Positions 16,773 through 31,628 of a stretch of 64,000 bases of DNA are shown here, one piece after another. The stretch lies in assembly GCA_000004695.1 (NCBI GenBank), contig CM000153.2:2720001-2784000 (forward strand), written 5' to 3'. How positions within the stretch are numbered: the stretch's first letter is position 1; each line of letters starts with the position of its first letter. The notes beneath the pieces are model-generated. The model was given only the letters and a program-made list of their open reading frames with translations. It ran no database searches and was not told where the DNA came from. The stretch is from Dictyostelium discoideum. Lineage: Eukaryota. The translations under genes and the position numbers were made by a program.

Positions 16773-17979
16773 TTAGTAATTAAAATATGAAAAAAAAAAT
16801 AAATAAATAAATAAATAAATACTCATTAACAGTTTTATGTAAAATCTTTTGTTCATCAGTTTCATCACCTTCTTCAACAGTTGGTTCATAAATTTGAATA
16901 AAAACTAATTTACCAATATATTCTGGATGATCATTTAATAATTGTTCAAAGACTTCAAGTTTTCTTGGTACACCTTCAATTTGATCTAATCTATCACGAG
17001 CTACAACAACCTTTTTACCTTTGAAAATTTTACGTAAACTTTCAACTCTTGATGAAACTTCAGGTAAATTTAAATTCTTTGCAAAATCATTATAATCAAC
17101 ACCGATTGGATAAACTTGAAGTTTAGTGAAATGAGTTGAACCATCTTCAAATATCTCTAAACCTTTTGGATGAACTTCAAGATCTAATAAACGAGCACAA
17201 GAACTTTTGAAATGACGTACATATTCAAATGATTGAAAACCAATTAAATTTGATGAAAGGATACCTTTTAATAATTCTTTTCTATTTGGAAGTATACGAA
17301 ATAGTTCATAGGAAGGAAATGGTGCATGGAAAAAGAAACCAATCGATGCCTCTGGTGGTAGCAATTGTCTTAACATTTGTGGTACCAACATAAGATGATA
17401 ATCATGAATCCAAATGATATCGGATGGTCTCCATACGGATGCGATCTTTTCGGCAAACATTTGATTTACTCCAACGTATTCTTCCCACCATTCAGATTGC
17501 ATACGAATAAAGTTCATTTGATAATGTAATAATAACCATAATCCATTTTTACAATAACCTTTGTAATAGTTTTCAAACTGTCTTGGATTTAGAAAAACAT
17601 GTTCAAAATGTGGTGAAAATTCTTTAATGGCCTGATTTAACATTGGCTCTTCATCTTCATTAACCTCACAATGTGACCAACCAATCCATAGCCAATCTTC
17701 AATTTCATCTTTTGCCTTTAAAGTTTCTAAAGCAGATTGAGTTGGAAATGGATGACCATTGATTTGAATTTGAATTTTACTTTCTCTATCTCTTGATGGT
17801 TCTGACATACCAAAACTACTTGTTATTGATTCTCTACTTGCACTTAATGGCGATCCAAATAATGGGGTTTCATTAAATTTTGTAACTGTAATTGGTAATG
17901 TATTACTTGCAACAATAATTTTACCTAATTTTTCATTAATAATATTATTTAAACTTGTTGACCTTTGAATTATGGTCAT
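15507..17979 (-). CDS. Bifunctional alpha,alpha-trehalose-phosphate synthase (GT20) / trehalose-6-phosphate phosphatase (approx. 800 aa). join(17979..16823,16722..15507).
   Basis: The N-terminal exon has GT20 motifs (WIHDYHLMLVPQMLRQ, IGFFFHAPFPSYELFRILP, DRLDQIEGVPRKL). The 100-nt intron (GTATTT...TATAG) splices to NE-MVGRINGKFGKL (compare yeast Tps1 NELVGRINGKFGT). The C-terminal half is the HAD-type TPP domain (FFLDYDGTLTP ... CIGDDKTDEDMF). Confidence 0.85.
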
Positions 17980-18198
17980 TTTTTTTTTTTTTTTTTTTTT
18001 TTTTTATTTTTTTTTAATAATTATTTGTTTGTTGTAATATGTGTGTAATGATAAAAATTAAAAGTATTTTTTTTTTTTTTTTTTTTTAAAAACTGATTTT
18101 TTTTTTTTTTTTTTTATTTTTTTTATTTGGTTAAAAAAAATTAAAATTTTGAAATGCAAATATTACAACAATGTAATAATTGGGGATTAATATTAAAA

Positions 18199-18238
<40 letters not shown>

Positions 18239-18669
18239 TGTGTTAAAAAATTTAGTTATTAAATTTAATTAATTTTTAAATTTATTTTCATTTTTTTTTT
18301 TTTAATTTTATTTTATTTTCATTTTATTTTTAATGGTTTTTTTTTTTTTTTTTTCATATTTGGAAGATCAATCAAAACTAAATTCGAATTTCTCAAATTT
18401 CAAATAATTTATTTTTTTATTTTTTTATTTTGAAAATCAAATTAAATGAATAATTAAATAAATAATTAAATAATTAAAAAATTAATTAAATAATTAAATA
18501 AATAAAGTTTTTTTTTTTTTTTTTTTAAGGTTTTGTTTTTTGATTAAATCAATTAAATAAATAATCTTCTCCTTTTTTTCATTATAATTATTTTATTTAT
18601 TTATTTTTTTTTTTTATTTTTTTTTTTTAATAATAATTTTTTTTTTTTTTTTTTTTTTTAAAAAAATAT

Positions 18670-21600
18670 TTAATAAAAATCTTGATCTAAAGCCAATTGA
18701 GAGAATAATTTTTTAGTTTGTTCTTGAGATTTTTTAAAATCTTTCCATTGATTTAAGAGAGCGATTTCATCATCAACAATATTTGATAAAGGAGTATTTG
18801 CTAAGGATTGATGATTCTTTGGAGCTTGATAATCTTGAGTGATATTTGTGATAGAGAATAACGATTTTTCATCAGGAGCCAATAGTCTAGCAATGAATTG
18901 ATCAGAGGTTGGTCTTGGTAATTTATTAATCCATTGGTCAATGATTGATTCAAAGGAAGCCAAAAGACTTGAACTTGAAGATCTAAATTCGAATCTAGCA
19001 TGGTAAACCTTATACTTTGGTAAACTTTGACCATTTGGAGAGGTATAATAGATACTGTAATCCTCTGGGAATGATAAGCATTTCTCCATACCAGAGATTG
19101 TGAAACAAAATTGTTCATTGAACCAAGTTGAAGAAGAGAATGCAAAATGGAAATTTGAATTACCAAATTCACTATTTAAAACATTATGCAATGGTAAAGC
19201 ACTTAGGCAATCAAAGATTGAAGCAACAGAAACGAAACCTTCAAATACAACATCAATTGAAAACACAGCTTCAAATCTTGGCCATTGTTGAATGAATTGA
19301 TGTTTATTATATTTAAATGGAATTAAAAATTGATTCCAATCAAAAATATAATCTGAACATCTAATTTCAATAGGTGAGAATTGAATAATATTTGCACTTG
19401 GGTTATTAGTTGTAATTGATAATGATTGAATAATTTGATTATTAATAATTGGTTGATTTATACCTGATCCAACTATACTATTTAAATTTGTATGTGAATT
19501 TGGATTTGGATTTGGATTTGTTGATGATGATGATGATGTAGTATTATTATTTGAATTTGTAGTTGATGATGGTGTTGTTGTTGAGGTTATTTGATTAGCA
19601 TTTGATGATGATGATGATGATGACGATATAATATTTTGATTAATAACATTTGATAATGGTGAAGAAGTTGTTGGTGAAGAACTTTGAGCGTTTGATAAAA
19701 GTGAAGAAGATATAAAACTAGCAGTACCAGGTGAACCAACTGCACTAGTTGAAATCGAATGACTATTTGCACTACTATTTAAACTACCACTATTATTTGA
19801 ATTTAAACTATATGATGATAAACCAGAATTAACACTTGAAATTGGTTGTGGTTGGTATTGTTGTTGTTGTGATTGTTGTGATTGTTGTTGTGATGATGAT
19901 TGTTGTTGTTGTTGTTGTTGTTGAATTGATTGAACTAATAATTGATCAGAAGATTGTTGATAATTATTAATTTTAGTATGAATATTATTTAAATTAATAT
20001 TATTTTCAGATTCACAAAGACCACTTGGTTGATTAAAAGTTAATTTAAAAGTAACTAAATTATAATCTAAACTTGAAACATTTAGAGGTACTTCGAAACT
20101 ATAAGATTTCTCTGGTAAAAGTTTTGGAATATTATGTTTACAATTGGTTTGAGGATAAGGGAAATCCAAATGACCAGATAATCCAATCATTATATTTACA
20201 TTTTTAATACTAAAATGAATGACATTTGTAACTTGAACATGTAAAGTGATGGTATTTAATGTTGGATGAGTTGTATGACTAACTTCAATCCAAACTGGAT
20301 CACTTGCACCACTAATTAAAGTCACATCTCTTGATGATTTATCACGAATTGATGAACCATAATGCACACCAACCAAACCAGTGATTGCTTTCTTACATTC
20401 GTATGCAAAAATATCGGAAATCGAGTGAAGTGAATTCGAGGCCTCCAACTGTTCAATTGGGATACAATATGAGAAATCGATGGTATAATTGGTAAAGCTA
20501 TTTAAATTTCTAATTGTACTATATTTTCCAAGTGATTGTGCATCCAATGCACTACTGGTACTTGAGAATAACATTCTACGAATGAAACGTGCACGTGAAT
20601 AAACCGATTTATTATGAGGATAAGTTGCCAATATCTCCTCGAGTGTACGTTGAACCGTTGCTTCAACCGATGGAATATGTAACCCCATTAGATAAAGACA
20701 CTCCAAAGCACCCAACCAATAGCCACTTAATGAGTGAAGTGATGCAGGTGATACTCTACCAAATTGCGATACACCCATAATCATATCCCTAATGTTACCA
20801 TTGTATTGAGTGAACTTTGGTTGATTATCCAAGAAAAGGAAACGACGTCTTAATAAACTAATTAATAAACCTGCATCTGATTGTTCATAAACTTTATTTG
20901 TTGGTGATCTTAATAAATGTGTACAAATTAAGAATACTGCTTGTAGGCAAATATAATCTGATGGTATCTTATTAATTTGATCTAATAAATCACTACGTAA
21001 TAATGATATTAATTTTATACCATATTGTGATTCACTACCATTACCACTATTATTGCTGCTGCTGCTGCTTGATAAAGTTACTCTACATAACCAATCAACA
21101 AATCTAATACAATATTCAATTGCTGAAATTCTTTCACTTTGCCATGTAATACATTTCAAACAAACCTCTGAAATATTTAATGCAGCTTGATGTAAATAAA
21201 ATAAATTACCAGATGTTGAGAATTTAACTGAACCACCACTACCACCACCACTATTGCCACTGCTGCTATTGTTATTGTTTGAATTTTTCTCTGATTCAAT
21301 TTCAATATATTTTGAAAGAATATTATGATGACTTGCAACCATTGATACGATTATTTCTTCACGGAAACTACTAGATTCATCTTGAAAAGCCATTAAAAGA
21401 CAATCGGTTGTCATTAATGGTGTAAATAATGAACTTTTACCAGAGGATGTAACATGTCTATCAATTATTAATTCAAAGGTACGAATTAAATAACTAACAC
21501 GTTGATTTGAATCTGTTATGGATTTTATTGATGGGAAAATACGACTAAGTGTACAAAATAATAAATCATCACCCAACATTGGTAAAACACTCATAATCGC

Positions 21601-21981
21601 CAATAGAATAGGTAGTGGATTTAATGATACACCTTCTCTACGTAACAGACCAATGAATGCAGTTAACACTGGATTAATCCAATTTTCATTATGTTGATTT
21701 TGTTGAGTTAATAATAGATCCAATATTGCTTTACCAACTGCAAATACCAATGAATCATTTGATGAATCTAATTGTGATAAAAAGTATTCAACCAATATTG
21801 ATACAATATTTTGTGGTGATGAAATTTGTTTAGTTTTATTTGATGATGCTGTATTTGCTATTATTGATGTTGGTGATGTTGGTGATGTTATTGGTGAATT
21901 ACCTGTTGTCGTAGTTGTTGTAGTTGTACCTGTAATTGATGATAAATTCATTGATGATATACCATTTATTAAATTATTTTG

Positions 21982-22071
<90 letters not shown>

Positions 22072-22984
22072 TTGTTGATTATTATTATTATTATTATTAT
22101 TATCAAAACTTGTTGGCCAAAATGGTGTACCACTTGATCTTGAAATTGTATCAACTAAATAAGTTAAAGTATTTACAGTTGAATGACGTTGATTAATATC
22201 AATATGTTGAGCACGATTAAGTAATAGATCGAAATGATCAATTAATTTCAAAGAGATCCAATCGGCATAATAAGAGAGTACTTGTCTCTTTTGTACACTA
22301 TTATCCAATTCATCAGAATGTGAAACTGATCTTGAGATCTCAGAGAATAATGAACTGATTGCACTAAAACTTGATTGGTAAACCATTGGTATTGGTTCCT
22401 CTAAAATTCTATCAACTATTAACTCCCAACCTGTCGATACAAATGATTTATATGATTGAAGAATTGATTTTCTATAAAATAATAAACTTGTCAATGTATC
22501 CAATGCTGTTTTTCTAACTGATGGATTACCATGTCTAACCAATGGTCCAAAATCTGCATTTCCCATCATTAATAACTCTGTAAATATTGATGAAATGTGT
22601 GGTAATGTCTTTAAAATACTAATCACAACTTCATTATCATCGGAATTTAAATCTTTTACTAATAATGGTATTGCTAAACTCCAATCTGATGGTGTACATT
22701 TACAACTTTTTAAAATACTATAACATAATATTCTTGTTGTTTTATTATCAGTTTCTGATATTAACTAAAAAAGTAAAAAAATAATATTAATATTAATATT
22801 TAATATAATTTGTATTATTAAATTTTAAAAAAAAAAAAAAAAAAAAACTTACTTTAATAATTGAAGTAAAAAATAAAGTTGGATCTCTTCCTTGATTAAT
22901 CCAAAACTGATTTAATTTTGACAAACCATTAATTTGTTTTAATGAATCACTACTATTTAATTCATCATAAATTTCAATCTCCAT
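18670..22984 (-). CDS. TPLATE-like protein, a putative subunit of the TSET/TPLATE membrane-trafficking complex (approx. 1400 aa). join(22984..22853,22764..18670).
   Basis: Exon 1 (MEIEIYDELNSSDSLKQINGLSKLNQFWINQGRDPTLFFTSIIK) ends at a GTAAGT donor, then an 88-nt intron and a TTTTAG acceptor. The N-terminus resembles the plant TPLATE N-terminus. The appendage region GASDPVWIEVSHTTHPTLNTITLHVQVTNVIHFSIKNVNIMIGLSGHL aligns convincingly with Arabidopsis TPLATE GSSDPCYIEAYHLADTNDGRVTLHLKIINLTELELNRVDIRVGLSGAL. The protein also contains long poly-N/Q/S/T low-complexity inserts. Confidence 0.7.
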
Positions 22985-23035
22985 TATTATTTAATTTTAA
23001 TATTACAAATAAAAAAATAAAAAAAAAAAGTATAT

Positions 23036-23081
<46 letters not shown>

Positions 23082-23089
23082 CCTTAAGG

Positions 23090-23123
<34 letters not shown>

Positions 23124-23511
23124 TTTTATTATTAAACAAAAAAAATGAATAAATATTATATTGTTACCCCATTTTTTTTTAAATAAAAGAAAAAAAAAAA
23201 AAACTATAATCCAATAAAATTTATTTATTTTTATATGGCGTTTTAAAATAATAAAAAAAATCATAAAAAAAAAAAAAAAAAAATCATAAAAAAAAAAAAA
23301 AAAAATCATAAAAAAAAAAATATAAAAAAAAATCATGAAAAAAAAAAAAATTAAAAAAAATTATTTGAAAATCAAAAACAGTTCTTCTCTTTTTTTTGAT
23401 TAAAGTGTTGGTTTTGGTTACATTTTTCTTTTTTTTTTTTTCTTTTTTTTTTAATATTTAATTTAATCTATTTTATTATTGTTATTATTATTATTACTAT
23501 TAATTATTTTT

Positions 23512-24547
<1,036 letters not shown>

Positions 24548-24785
24548 TTTTGATGATGATGATCAATTTTTAAATGTTATATGTGTTTTGATTTTCTTGA
24601 AATTAATGATAATGATAATGATAATGAAAAAAAAAAAAAATTATTTTTAACTTTTAAAAAATTTTTTTAATCTAAATTAATTAATTAATAAAAATAAAAA
24701 AATAAATAAAAAAAAAGGGTGTGTAGTAATACAATTAATTACAACGTGATAAAAAAATGTTTAAAAAATTTTAAAAACCATTTAG

Positions 24786-24822
<37 letters not shown>

Positions 24823-25657
24823 AAAAGTGATTGGGTGGGTGCTTCAATTTTAAAAAAAAAAATAAAAATAAAAAAAAAATAAAAAAAAATAAAAAAAAAA
24901 AAAAAAAAAAATAAACATAAATTATTTTAAAATAATGGGTTTTTTTATTATTCTCTTTTCTTTTCTTTTTTTTTTTTTTTTTTTTATTTTTCTTTTTTTT
25001 TTTTTTTTTTTTTTCTCCTACTTTGGACATATATCTCGGTATTATAAAAATTTGTTTTTTTTATTTTTTTTTTTTTTATTTTTTTTATTTTTTTTTTTTT
25101 TGGCCTACATCATTTGAAGATTTTAAATTTCGATATCTTACAGTAACAAGAAAAAAAAAAAAAAAAAAAAAAATTATATTCATATGCAAATCACCAACAA
25201 AAGATTTTTAATTTTTTTTTTTTTTATTAAAAGAATAAATAAATGCAATGAAAAAAAGAGTGTTTTTAATACCAATAACTAAAAAGGAATAAAATAAAAA
25301 AATAATAAAAAAAAAAAATAATAAAGAAAATAACCCAAATTATTTATTATTATGGTAATAAGATTATAATTTGACTGTTGAAATGATTGATACCAAATTT
25401 GGAATACTTTTTTTTTTTTTTTTTGATTTATTTTTTTTTTCTTTTACCATTTTTGTTTATGGAGATCCTTTATAACTTTTTTTTTTAATTCATTTATTTA
25501 TTTTTTTTTTAGTAATTTTTTTTTTTTATATTTTTTTTTTTTTTTATTTTATTATTATAATTATTATTATTTTATTACTTTATTATTTTTATTTTTTTCT
25601 CAATCTTTTTTTAAAAAAAAAATTTTTAAATAAATAAAATAAAACAAATAAAATAAA

Positions 25658-26265
25658 ATGGATACAACTTTTCATAGTGCATTATCAATCATTGATAATG
25701 GATCAATGAATGATAATGACAAAACTAGAATTAAAGATTATTTAAATAGAAATAGTGATAAAGCCCCATCAATTATAGATGCAAATAACCGTTTTAAAAA
25801 TGATCCAAATCATTTAAATAATTTCTTTCAACAAATGATGTTACAAGATCAATCAAAACCTCAATATCAACAACAACAACAACCGTCATCCTCGTCAACA
25901 ACAACAACTACTGCTGGTGGAGGAGAGTTTGATAATCAATCAGAACAATATAAAGACCAATCGCAACAACCATCAACAAATAATAATGATTTCCTGCAAA
26001 AACAACAACCGCAATTTAATAACCCTCAATCCTATGGAGATAATAGTCAACAACAACAAAAACAACAGCAACAACAACAACCAACAAATAATAAATATCA
26101 ACAAACATATGGTGGTGATGATACTCGACAAACCCCAACAAATAGAAATTTTGATGATGATAATAATGATGCTAATAATTATAATCAACAATATCAAGGT
26201 GGTGGCGGTGGTGATAGTAGTGGTAGTAGTGGTGGAAGAGGTAGAGAAGATCGTTCTAATCTTTC

Positions 26266-26316
<51 letters not shown>

Positions 26317-26874
26317 TCAATCACAACAACAAAAATATGATGATGATGGTTATCAACAATACCAAAGAAGACCACCAGATGTTAGGGATGATAGTCATCC
26401 AAATGAAAATAATGATGAAGTAAATATTTTCAAGAATGAAAATGATGTTAACCCAATGATGACTTTTGATCCATTCATATATTGGATGGTTGTTAAACAT
26501 AACTTAAATTTACATTCTGGTTGGCTAAAGAGAAAAGGTGATAGAACCGGCAGAAGAGTTCGTTCACCATTCCCACCAGGTGATTATGAATTAATTGATG
26601 CAGTACCAGAATCAAAAAGAATTAGAGTAGTCTTTTCTTCACCAATTAATAACTATTGGGATAGTGACCGTAGAATAACTATAAACCATTCCGATAACCC
26701 TGATGAAATTAGAAGAAAGATTCAATCAGCCTTCAAATTTGATCGTCGTCATTTCTCTCTCTATCAATTAATTGAAGCTGGTACACATAATAAAGTTCAT
26801 AATTTAGAATATAATGAATTGGATGAAAATAAAACTTATGAATTAATTATACCATGGGTAATGTATTTTAAACA

Positions 26875-26968
<94 letters not shown>

Positions 26969-27307
26969 TTTTTTTTTTTTTTTTTTTTATTTGTTATTTT
27001 TAATTTTTAATTTTTTTATTTTTTATTTTTATATTTTATTTTTTATTTTTATATTTTAAATCTTAAAAAAAAATGGTTACTAACCACTCCCCCCATTTTT
27101 TTAAAAAAAAAAAAAAAAAAATGAAAAAAAATAAAAATAAAAATAAAAAAGTTATCAAAATTATCAAGAAGAAAAGAAGATCAAATTGCAAATAAAGATG
27201 AAAAAGGAAATGGAGTTAGTGATAGTTCAAATACGTCATCAAATAAAATTAACAAAGGAAACGTTATCAATAGTAGAAAAAGTAGGGATCAGTGTTTAAT
27301 AAATTAA
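25658..27307 (+). CDS. Hypothetical Q/N-rich protein with a conserved-looking C-terminal region (FDPFIYWMVVKHNLNLHSGWLKRKGDRTGRRV...). Tentative join(25658..26857,27152..27307).
   Basis: Exon 1 ends ...YELIIPW at a GTAATG donor. The intron contains (ATT)30. An AAAAAG acceptor gives in-frame LSKLSRRKEDQIANKDEKGNG...DQCLIN*. No family recognised. Confidence 0.3.
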
Positions 27308-28039
27308 ATTCTCAAAATTTTATTAAAAAAAAAAATTCATCTTTTAATTTATTATTTTAATTTTATTTTTTTTAAATTTTTTTATTTTTTTTTTTTTATT
27401 TTTTTTTTTTTTAATTTTATTTTTTTTTTTTTTTTTTTAAATTTTAAATTTTCTTTTTTTTTGAGTCTTTCTAACACTTAACATATAATTAATTCATATA
27501 AAAAAAAACAAATAAAAAAAAAAAAAATAAACAAATAAAAAAAAAAAAAAAAGGTAAATAATAAATAAAATGACAAATAAAATAAAGAGTATATAAAAAG
27601 TTTAAATATTTAAAAAAAAAAAAAAAAAAAAAAAGAGTTATAAAAAAAGTTAAAAAAAAATAAAAATTAAAATAAAATAATTAAGATAATATAACACTAC
27701 ACATAAACTTTTTTAAAACGCACACTCACACTAGCATATTAATGCTAACACAATATTAATGTAACACCATAACTTTTTTTTTTTTTTTTTTTTTAATTTT
27801 ATTTTTATTTTTTTATTTTTATTTTTTTTTTTTTATTTTTTTAAAATTACATAAAACAATTTTTTTTTATTTTTTTTTTTTTAATTTTTAATTTTTATAT
27901 CAACAACACATAATTATATAGCCATAGATAAATAGATTAATAAGTAGAGTTATATTAATATATTATTATTTATCATCAGTAATAAAAATAGTAGCAGAAG
28001 TGTAATAGAGTAATAAAGTATTATTGTTGAAGAAAAAGG

Positions 28040-28082
<43 letters not shown>

Positions 28083-28098
28083 AAAAATAATAATAATT

Positions 28099-28169
<71 letters not shown>

Positions 28170-28188
28170 TAAATTATTTTGTAATTTT

Positions 28189-29460
28189 ATGTCTCCATAT
28201 GCACCAGAAAATAATCAGGACCCTGGTGGAGGTCTTGTAACAGAAGGAAACCAACCACAACAAAACAATTTTGTAAATACTAACAAATCCCCAACAACTA
28301 CACCACCACCACAAACTAGTAACGTAGTTAGTACACCACCAGCAACAGCCATTAATGCAGCAGGTGTAAATAATGGTTTAATTAATGGGGTTTTAAATAA
28401 TTCCTCTTCTTCTTCCTCCTCCTCTTCTTCTTCCTCTTCCTCATCACCAACACCAACTTCAATATCACCACCATTATCTGATATTGAACAAACATTAAAT
28501 GCATATCCAACTGATTTACCTGAATTGGTTGTAGCAGCATGTTGGTGGGCAGAATCTTTGGGAAAGTTAAATATGAACATACCAAAAGAGAATATAAAAC
28601 GTTTCCGTAAAGAACTCATTTTTGCTCTTCGTGATAGAATAAAAGGCCATTGGTATCCAGATTACCCAGAACGTGGTCAAGGTTATCGTGCAATCATTTG
28701 TGAAGAAACAACCGATAGATTATTAATGGATGCTGCAAAGAAATCCGATATTGTCGGTGAATTTAGACAATTGGTAAAACAAAATACTACCATGTGGATT
28801 GATCCTGGTAATGTTACCTATCGTCATGGTAAACATTATGAAAAAACTTTATATCCATTTAATAGTATCAACAACCACTATAGTCACCACAACAACAACA
28901 ACAACAACAACAATGGTATTAATATTACCAATAGTAACAATACTATACCAATTAATACAAGTGGTTATCATAACATCAATAATCATTTAAACAATAGTAA
29001 TAATACAATCCCACCTCAACAATCTCAACAACATATAAATAATAATAATAACAATAGTAATAACAATACCACCAATAATATAATTTTAAATAGTTTACAT
29101 CATCACCAAACCCAAATTTCTCAACAACATTTAAATAATAATAATAATCAAAACAACTTTTCATATGGAATTACATCAACAAGACTCACCCAAAACGTTG
29201 TAAATAGTAATAGTAATGGTCTTAATGGTAGAGTTTCATCACCATCCCTTTCATCCACTGCACCTGTATTTTCTCCTTCAAATTCTATGTATCATCATGT
29301 CCAACAACAATCTCATTCACCTTCAATTTCTCCACCTGCTTCTCCATCCAAAGATCTTGGTAACAGTAGCGGTAACAATACAAATGTATATTCTTCAAAC
29401 AATAATCTTTTCTATAATTCAAATACTTCATCTTCAAAAATAAAACTTGCATATTCTTAA
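28189..29460 (+). CDS. BTG/Tob antiproliferative-family protein (N-terminal BTG domain, long N/S/H-rich C-terminus)
   Basis: First ATG at 28189 (MSPYAPENNQ...). The BTG box A is HWYPDYPERGQGYRAIICEE and box B is VKQNTTMWIDPGNVTYRHGKH (compare BTG1 HWFPEKPCKGSGYRCIRIN and LTLWVDPYEVSYRIGEDG). The ORF-track start at 28024 lies in a poly-A/K-encoding tract and is probably 5' UTR. Confidence 0.7.
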   Translation: MSPYAPENNQDPGGGLVTEGNQPQQNNFVNTNKSPTTTPPPQTSNVVSTPPATAINAAGVNNGLINGVLNNSSSSSSSSSSSSSSSPTPTSISPPLSDIEQTLNAYPTDLPELVVAACWWAESLGKLNMNIPKENIKRFRKELIFALRDRIKGHWYPDYPERGQGYRAIICEETTDRLLMDAAKKSDIVGEFRQLVKQNTTMWIDPGNVTYRHGKHYEKTLYPFNSINNHYSHHNNNNNNNNGINITNSNNTIPINTSGYHNINNHLNNSNNTIPPQQSQQHINNNNNNSNNNTTNNIILNSLHHHQTQISQQHLNNNNNQNNFSYGITSTRLTQNVVNSNSNGLNGRVSSPSLSSTAPVFSPSNSMYHHVQQQSHSPSISPPASPSKDLGNSSGNNTNVYSSNNNLFYNSNTSSSKIKLAYS

Positions 29461-30151
29461 TTTAAAAAAAAAAAATTATCTTTTTATTTGTGTTTTTATT
29501 TTTAAATTAAAAAAAAAAAAAAAGATGGGTGAGTTGGTAGAATAAAAATTTTATTAATTAGTTATTACCTTTTTTTATTTTTTATTTTTTTTTATTTTTA
29601 TTACTTTTTTTAATTTTATAAATCAAAAAAATAATTAAATCTAGATTATTTTATTTGTTTTTTTTTTATTTTATTTTTTAAAACATTCAAATTTGACATA
29701 AAAAAAAAAAAAAGTATACATATAACAATTAAATCAAACCAATTTTTTTTTTTTTTTAAATCTATTTTTTATATAAATATACCCTTTCATTATTCCTCAA
29801 AAAAAAAAAAAAAAAAAAATAATTACAAAAAAAGGATTATAAATAATTAAATTCTAAAAATAATACAGAATGGTCGCATTCATTTTTTTTTTTTATTATA
29901 TTTTATATCACTTTGTGTATTTTCGAGTGTTCTATTTATATATATACTAAATTCATATTAAAATTAAAATTAAATCATTGTTAAAAAAAAAAAAAAATGA
30001 AAATAAAAAAAAAAAAAAAAAATGAAAAAAATTTTTTGGAATTGTTTTTTTTTTTTTTTTAATTTTTTTTTATTTTTTTTATTTTTTTTTATTTATTTTT
30101 TTTATTTTTGAAATTGAAAATAATCGTGATCAAGGTTAAATTTAATATAAA

Positions 30152-30237
30152 ATGTTAAAACAAGTTATTAAAACAGTATCAAGCTCACAAGCACCAAAGA
30201 AATATTTCTTTAAACAGTTTTGTACATCAACAAGTAG

Positions 30238-30273
<36 letters not shown>

Positions 30274-30280
30274 AATAAAA

Positions 30281-30316
<36 letters not shown>

Positions 30317-30700
30317 GATAAATAGTAATTTATTATTCTTTTAATTCTGAAAATACTAATACTAACCAATTAAATCAAATTCTTAATTGGTTCAATAATG
30401 GAATAGATTCAAGTTTTCAATATATTTTAGCAGAAAAGAAAGGTCGTGTTGGTCTTGTTACTTTAAATAGACCAAAATCATTAAATGCACTTTCTGATGG
30501 TTTAATTTCAGAAATTAACAGTGCTGTTAAACTCTTCCAAGAAGATAAAGATGTTGGTTCAATCATTATCACTGGTAGTGAAAAAGCATTTGCTGGTAAG
30601 TAAATAAATAATAAAAAAAGAAGAAACAAATTTATGTTATAGTAATTCATTTCTAATATATATACATATATTATTTATCAATTTTATTATTATAATAATA

Positions 30701-30742
<42 letters not shown>

Positions 30743-31228
30743 TTTAAAAATAATTAATATTAATATTCAATCAATAGCTGGTGCAGATATTAAAGAAATG
30801 GAAAAAGTTACATTACCAGATGCTTACAATAATGATCTTTTAGCACAATGGCATGACCTTACCAAGATTCGTAAACCAATTATTGCAGCTGTAAATGGTT
30901 ATGCATTAGGTGGTGGTTGTGAATTAGCAATGATGTGCGATATTATTATCGCTGGTGAAAAAGCAGTATTTGGTCAACCAGAGATTAAATTAGGTACTAT
31001 TCCAGGTTGTGGTGGTACACAACGTTTAATTAGAGCAATTGGTAAATCAAAAGCTATGGAATTAGTTTTAACAGGTAATAATTTAACTGCAGTTGAAGCT
31101 GAAAAAGCTGGTTTAGTTAGTAAAGTTGTTCCAGTTGAAGAACTTTTAACTGAAGCCACTAAAATGGCTGAAAAAATCGCTTCTTATTCTCAATTAACTG
31201 GTAATTATTTATTTTTATTTATTCAATC

Positions 31229-31287
<59 letters not shown>

Positions 31288-31628
31288 TAATAGTAACTAA
31301 TTATAATTAATTTTTAAAAATAATTTTAATAAATAGTTGCAATGGCAAAAGAAGCAGTAAATGCATCATATGAATTAACTCTTCAAGAAGGTATTAGATT
31401 CGAACGTAGAATGTTCCATTCTACTTTTGGTACTGTAGGTATCATTATTTTATTACTATTATTTTTATTACCATTTTTTAAAATTAAATATTTATTTATA
31501 TATGTATATGTATATGTATGTATAATATGATTTCTAACTAAATTTTTAATTTACTTACTTAGCATGACCAAAAAGAAGGTATGAACGCTTTTGTTGAAAA
31601 GAGAACTCCAACATGGCACAACAAATAA
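30152..31628 (+). CDS. echs1: Enoyl-CoA hydratase, mitochondrial (crotonase fold, ECHS1 orthologue). About 5 exons: (30152..30233?),(30326?..30595),(30778..31200),(31337..31434),(31563..31628).
   Basis: The N-terminal presequence is [28 protein letters not shown]. Exon 2 ([61 protein letters not shown]) matches human ECHS1 residue by residue. Exon 3 is AGADIKEM... and exon 4 is [33 protein letters not shown]. Exon 5 ([21 protein letters not shown]) matches human [21 protein letters not shown]. The exon 1/2 boundary is uncertain. Confidence 0.85.

Noticed and set aside
28024-28188. ORF-track start of the BTG gene at 28024 (MLKKKEKKKK...)
   Set aside because: Poly-A-encoded Lys tract upstream of the first ATG (28189). 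The ORF track evidently accepts non-ATG starts. Treated as 5' UTR.
30417-30650. Minus-strand ORF overlapping ECHS1 exon 2; also the apparent TATATTTTAG acceptor at ~30416
   Set aside because: The + strand reading ([21 protein letters not shown]...) matches ECHS1 exactly. TATATTTTAG is the coding sequence of Q-Y-I-L-A, not a splice site.
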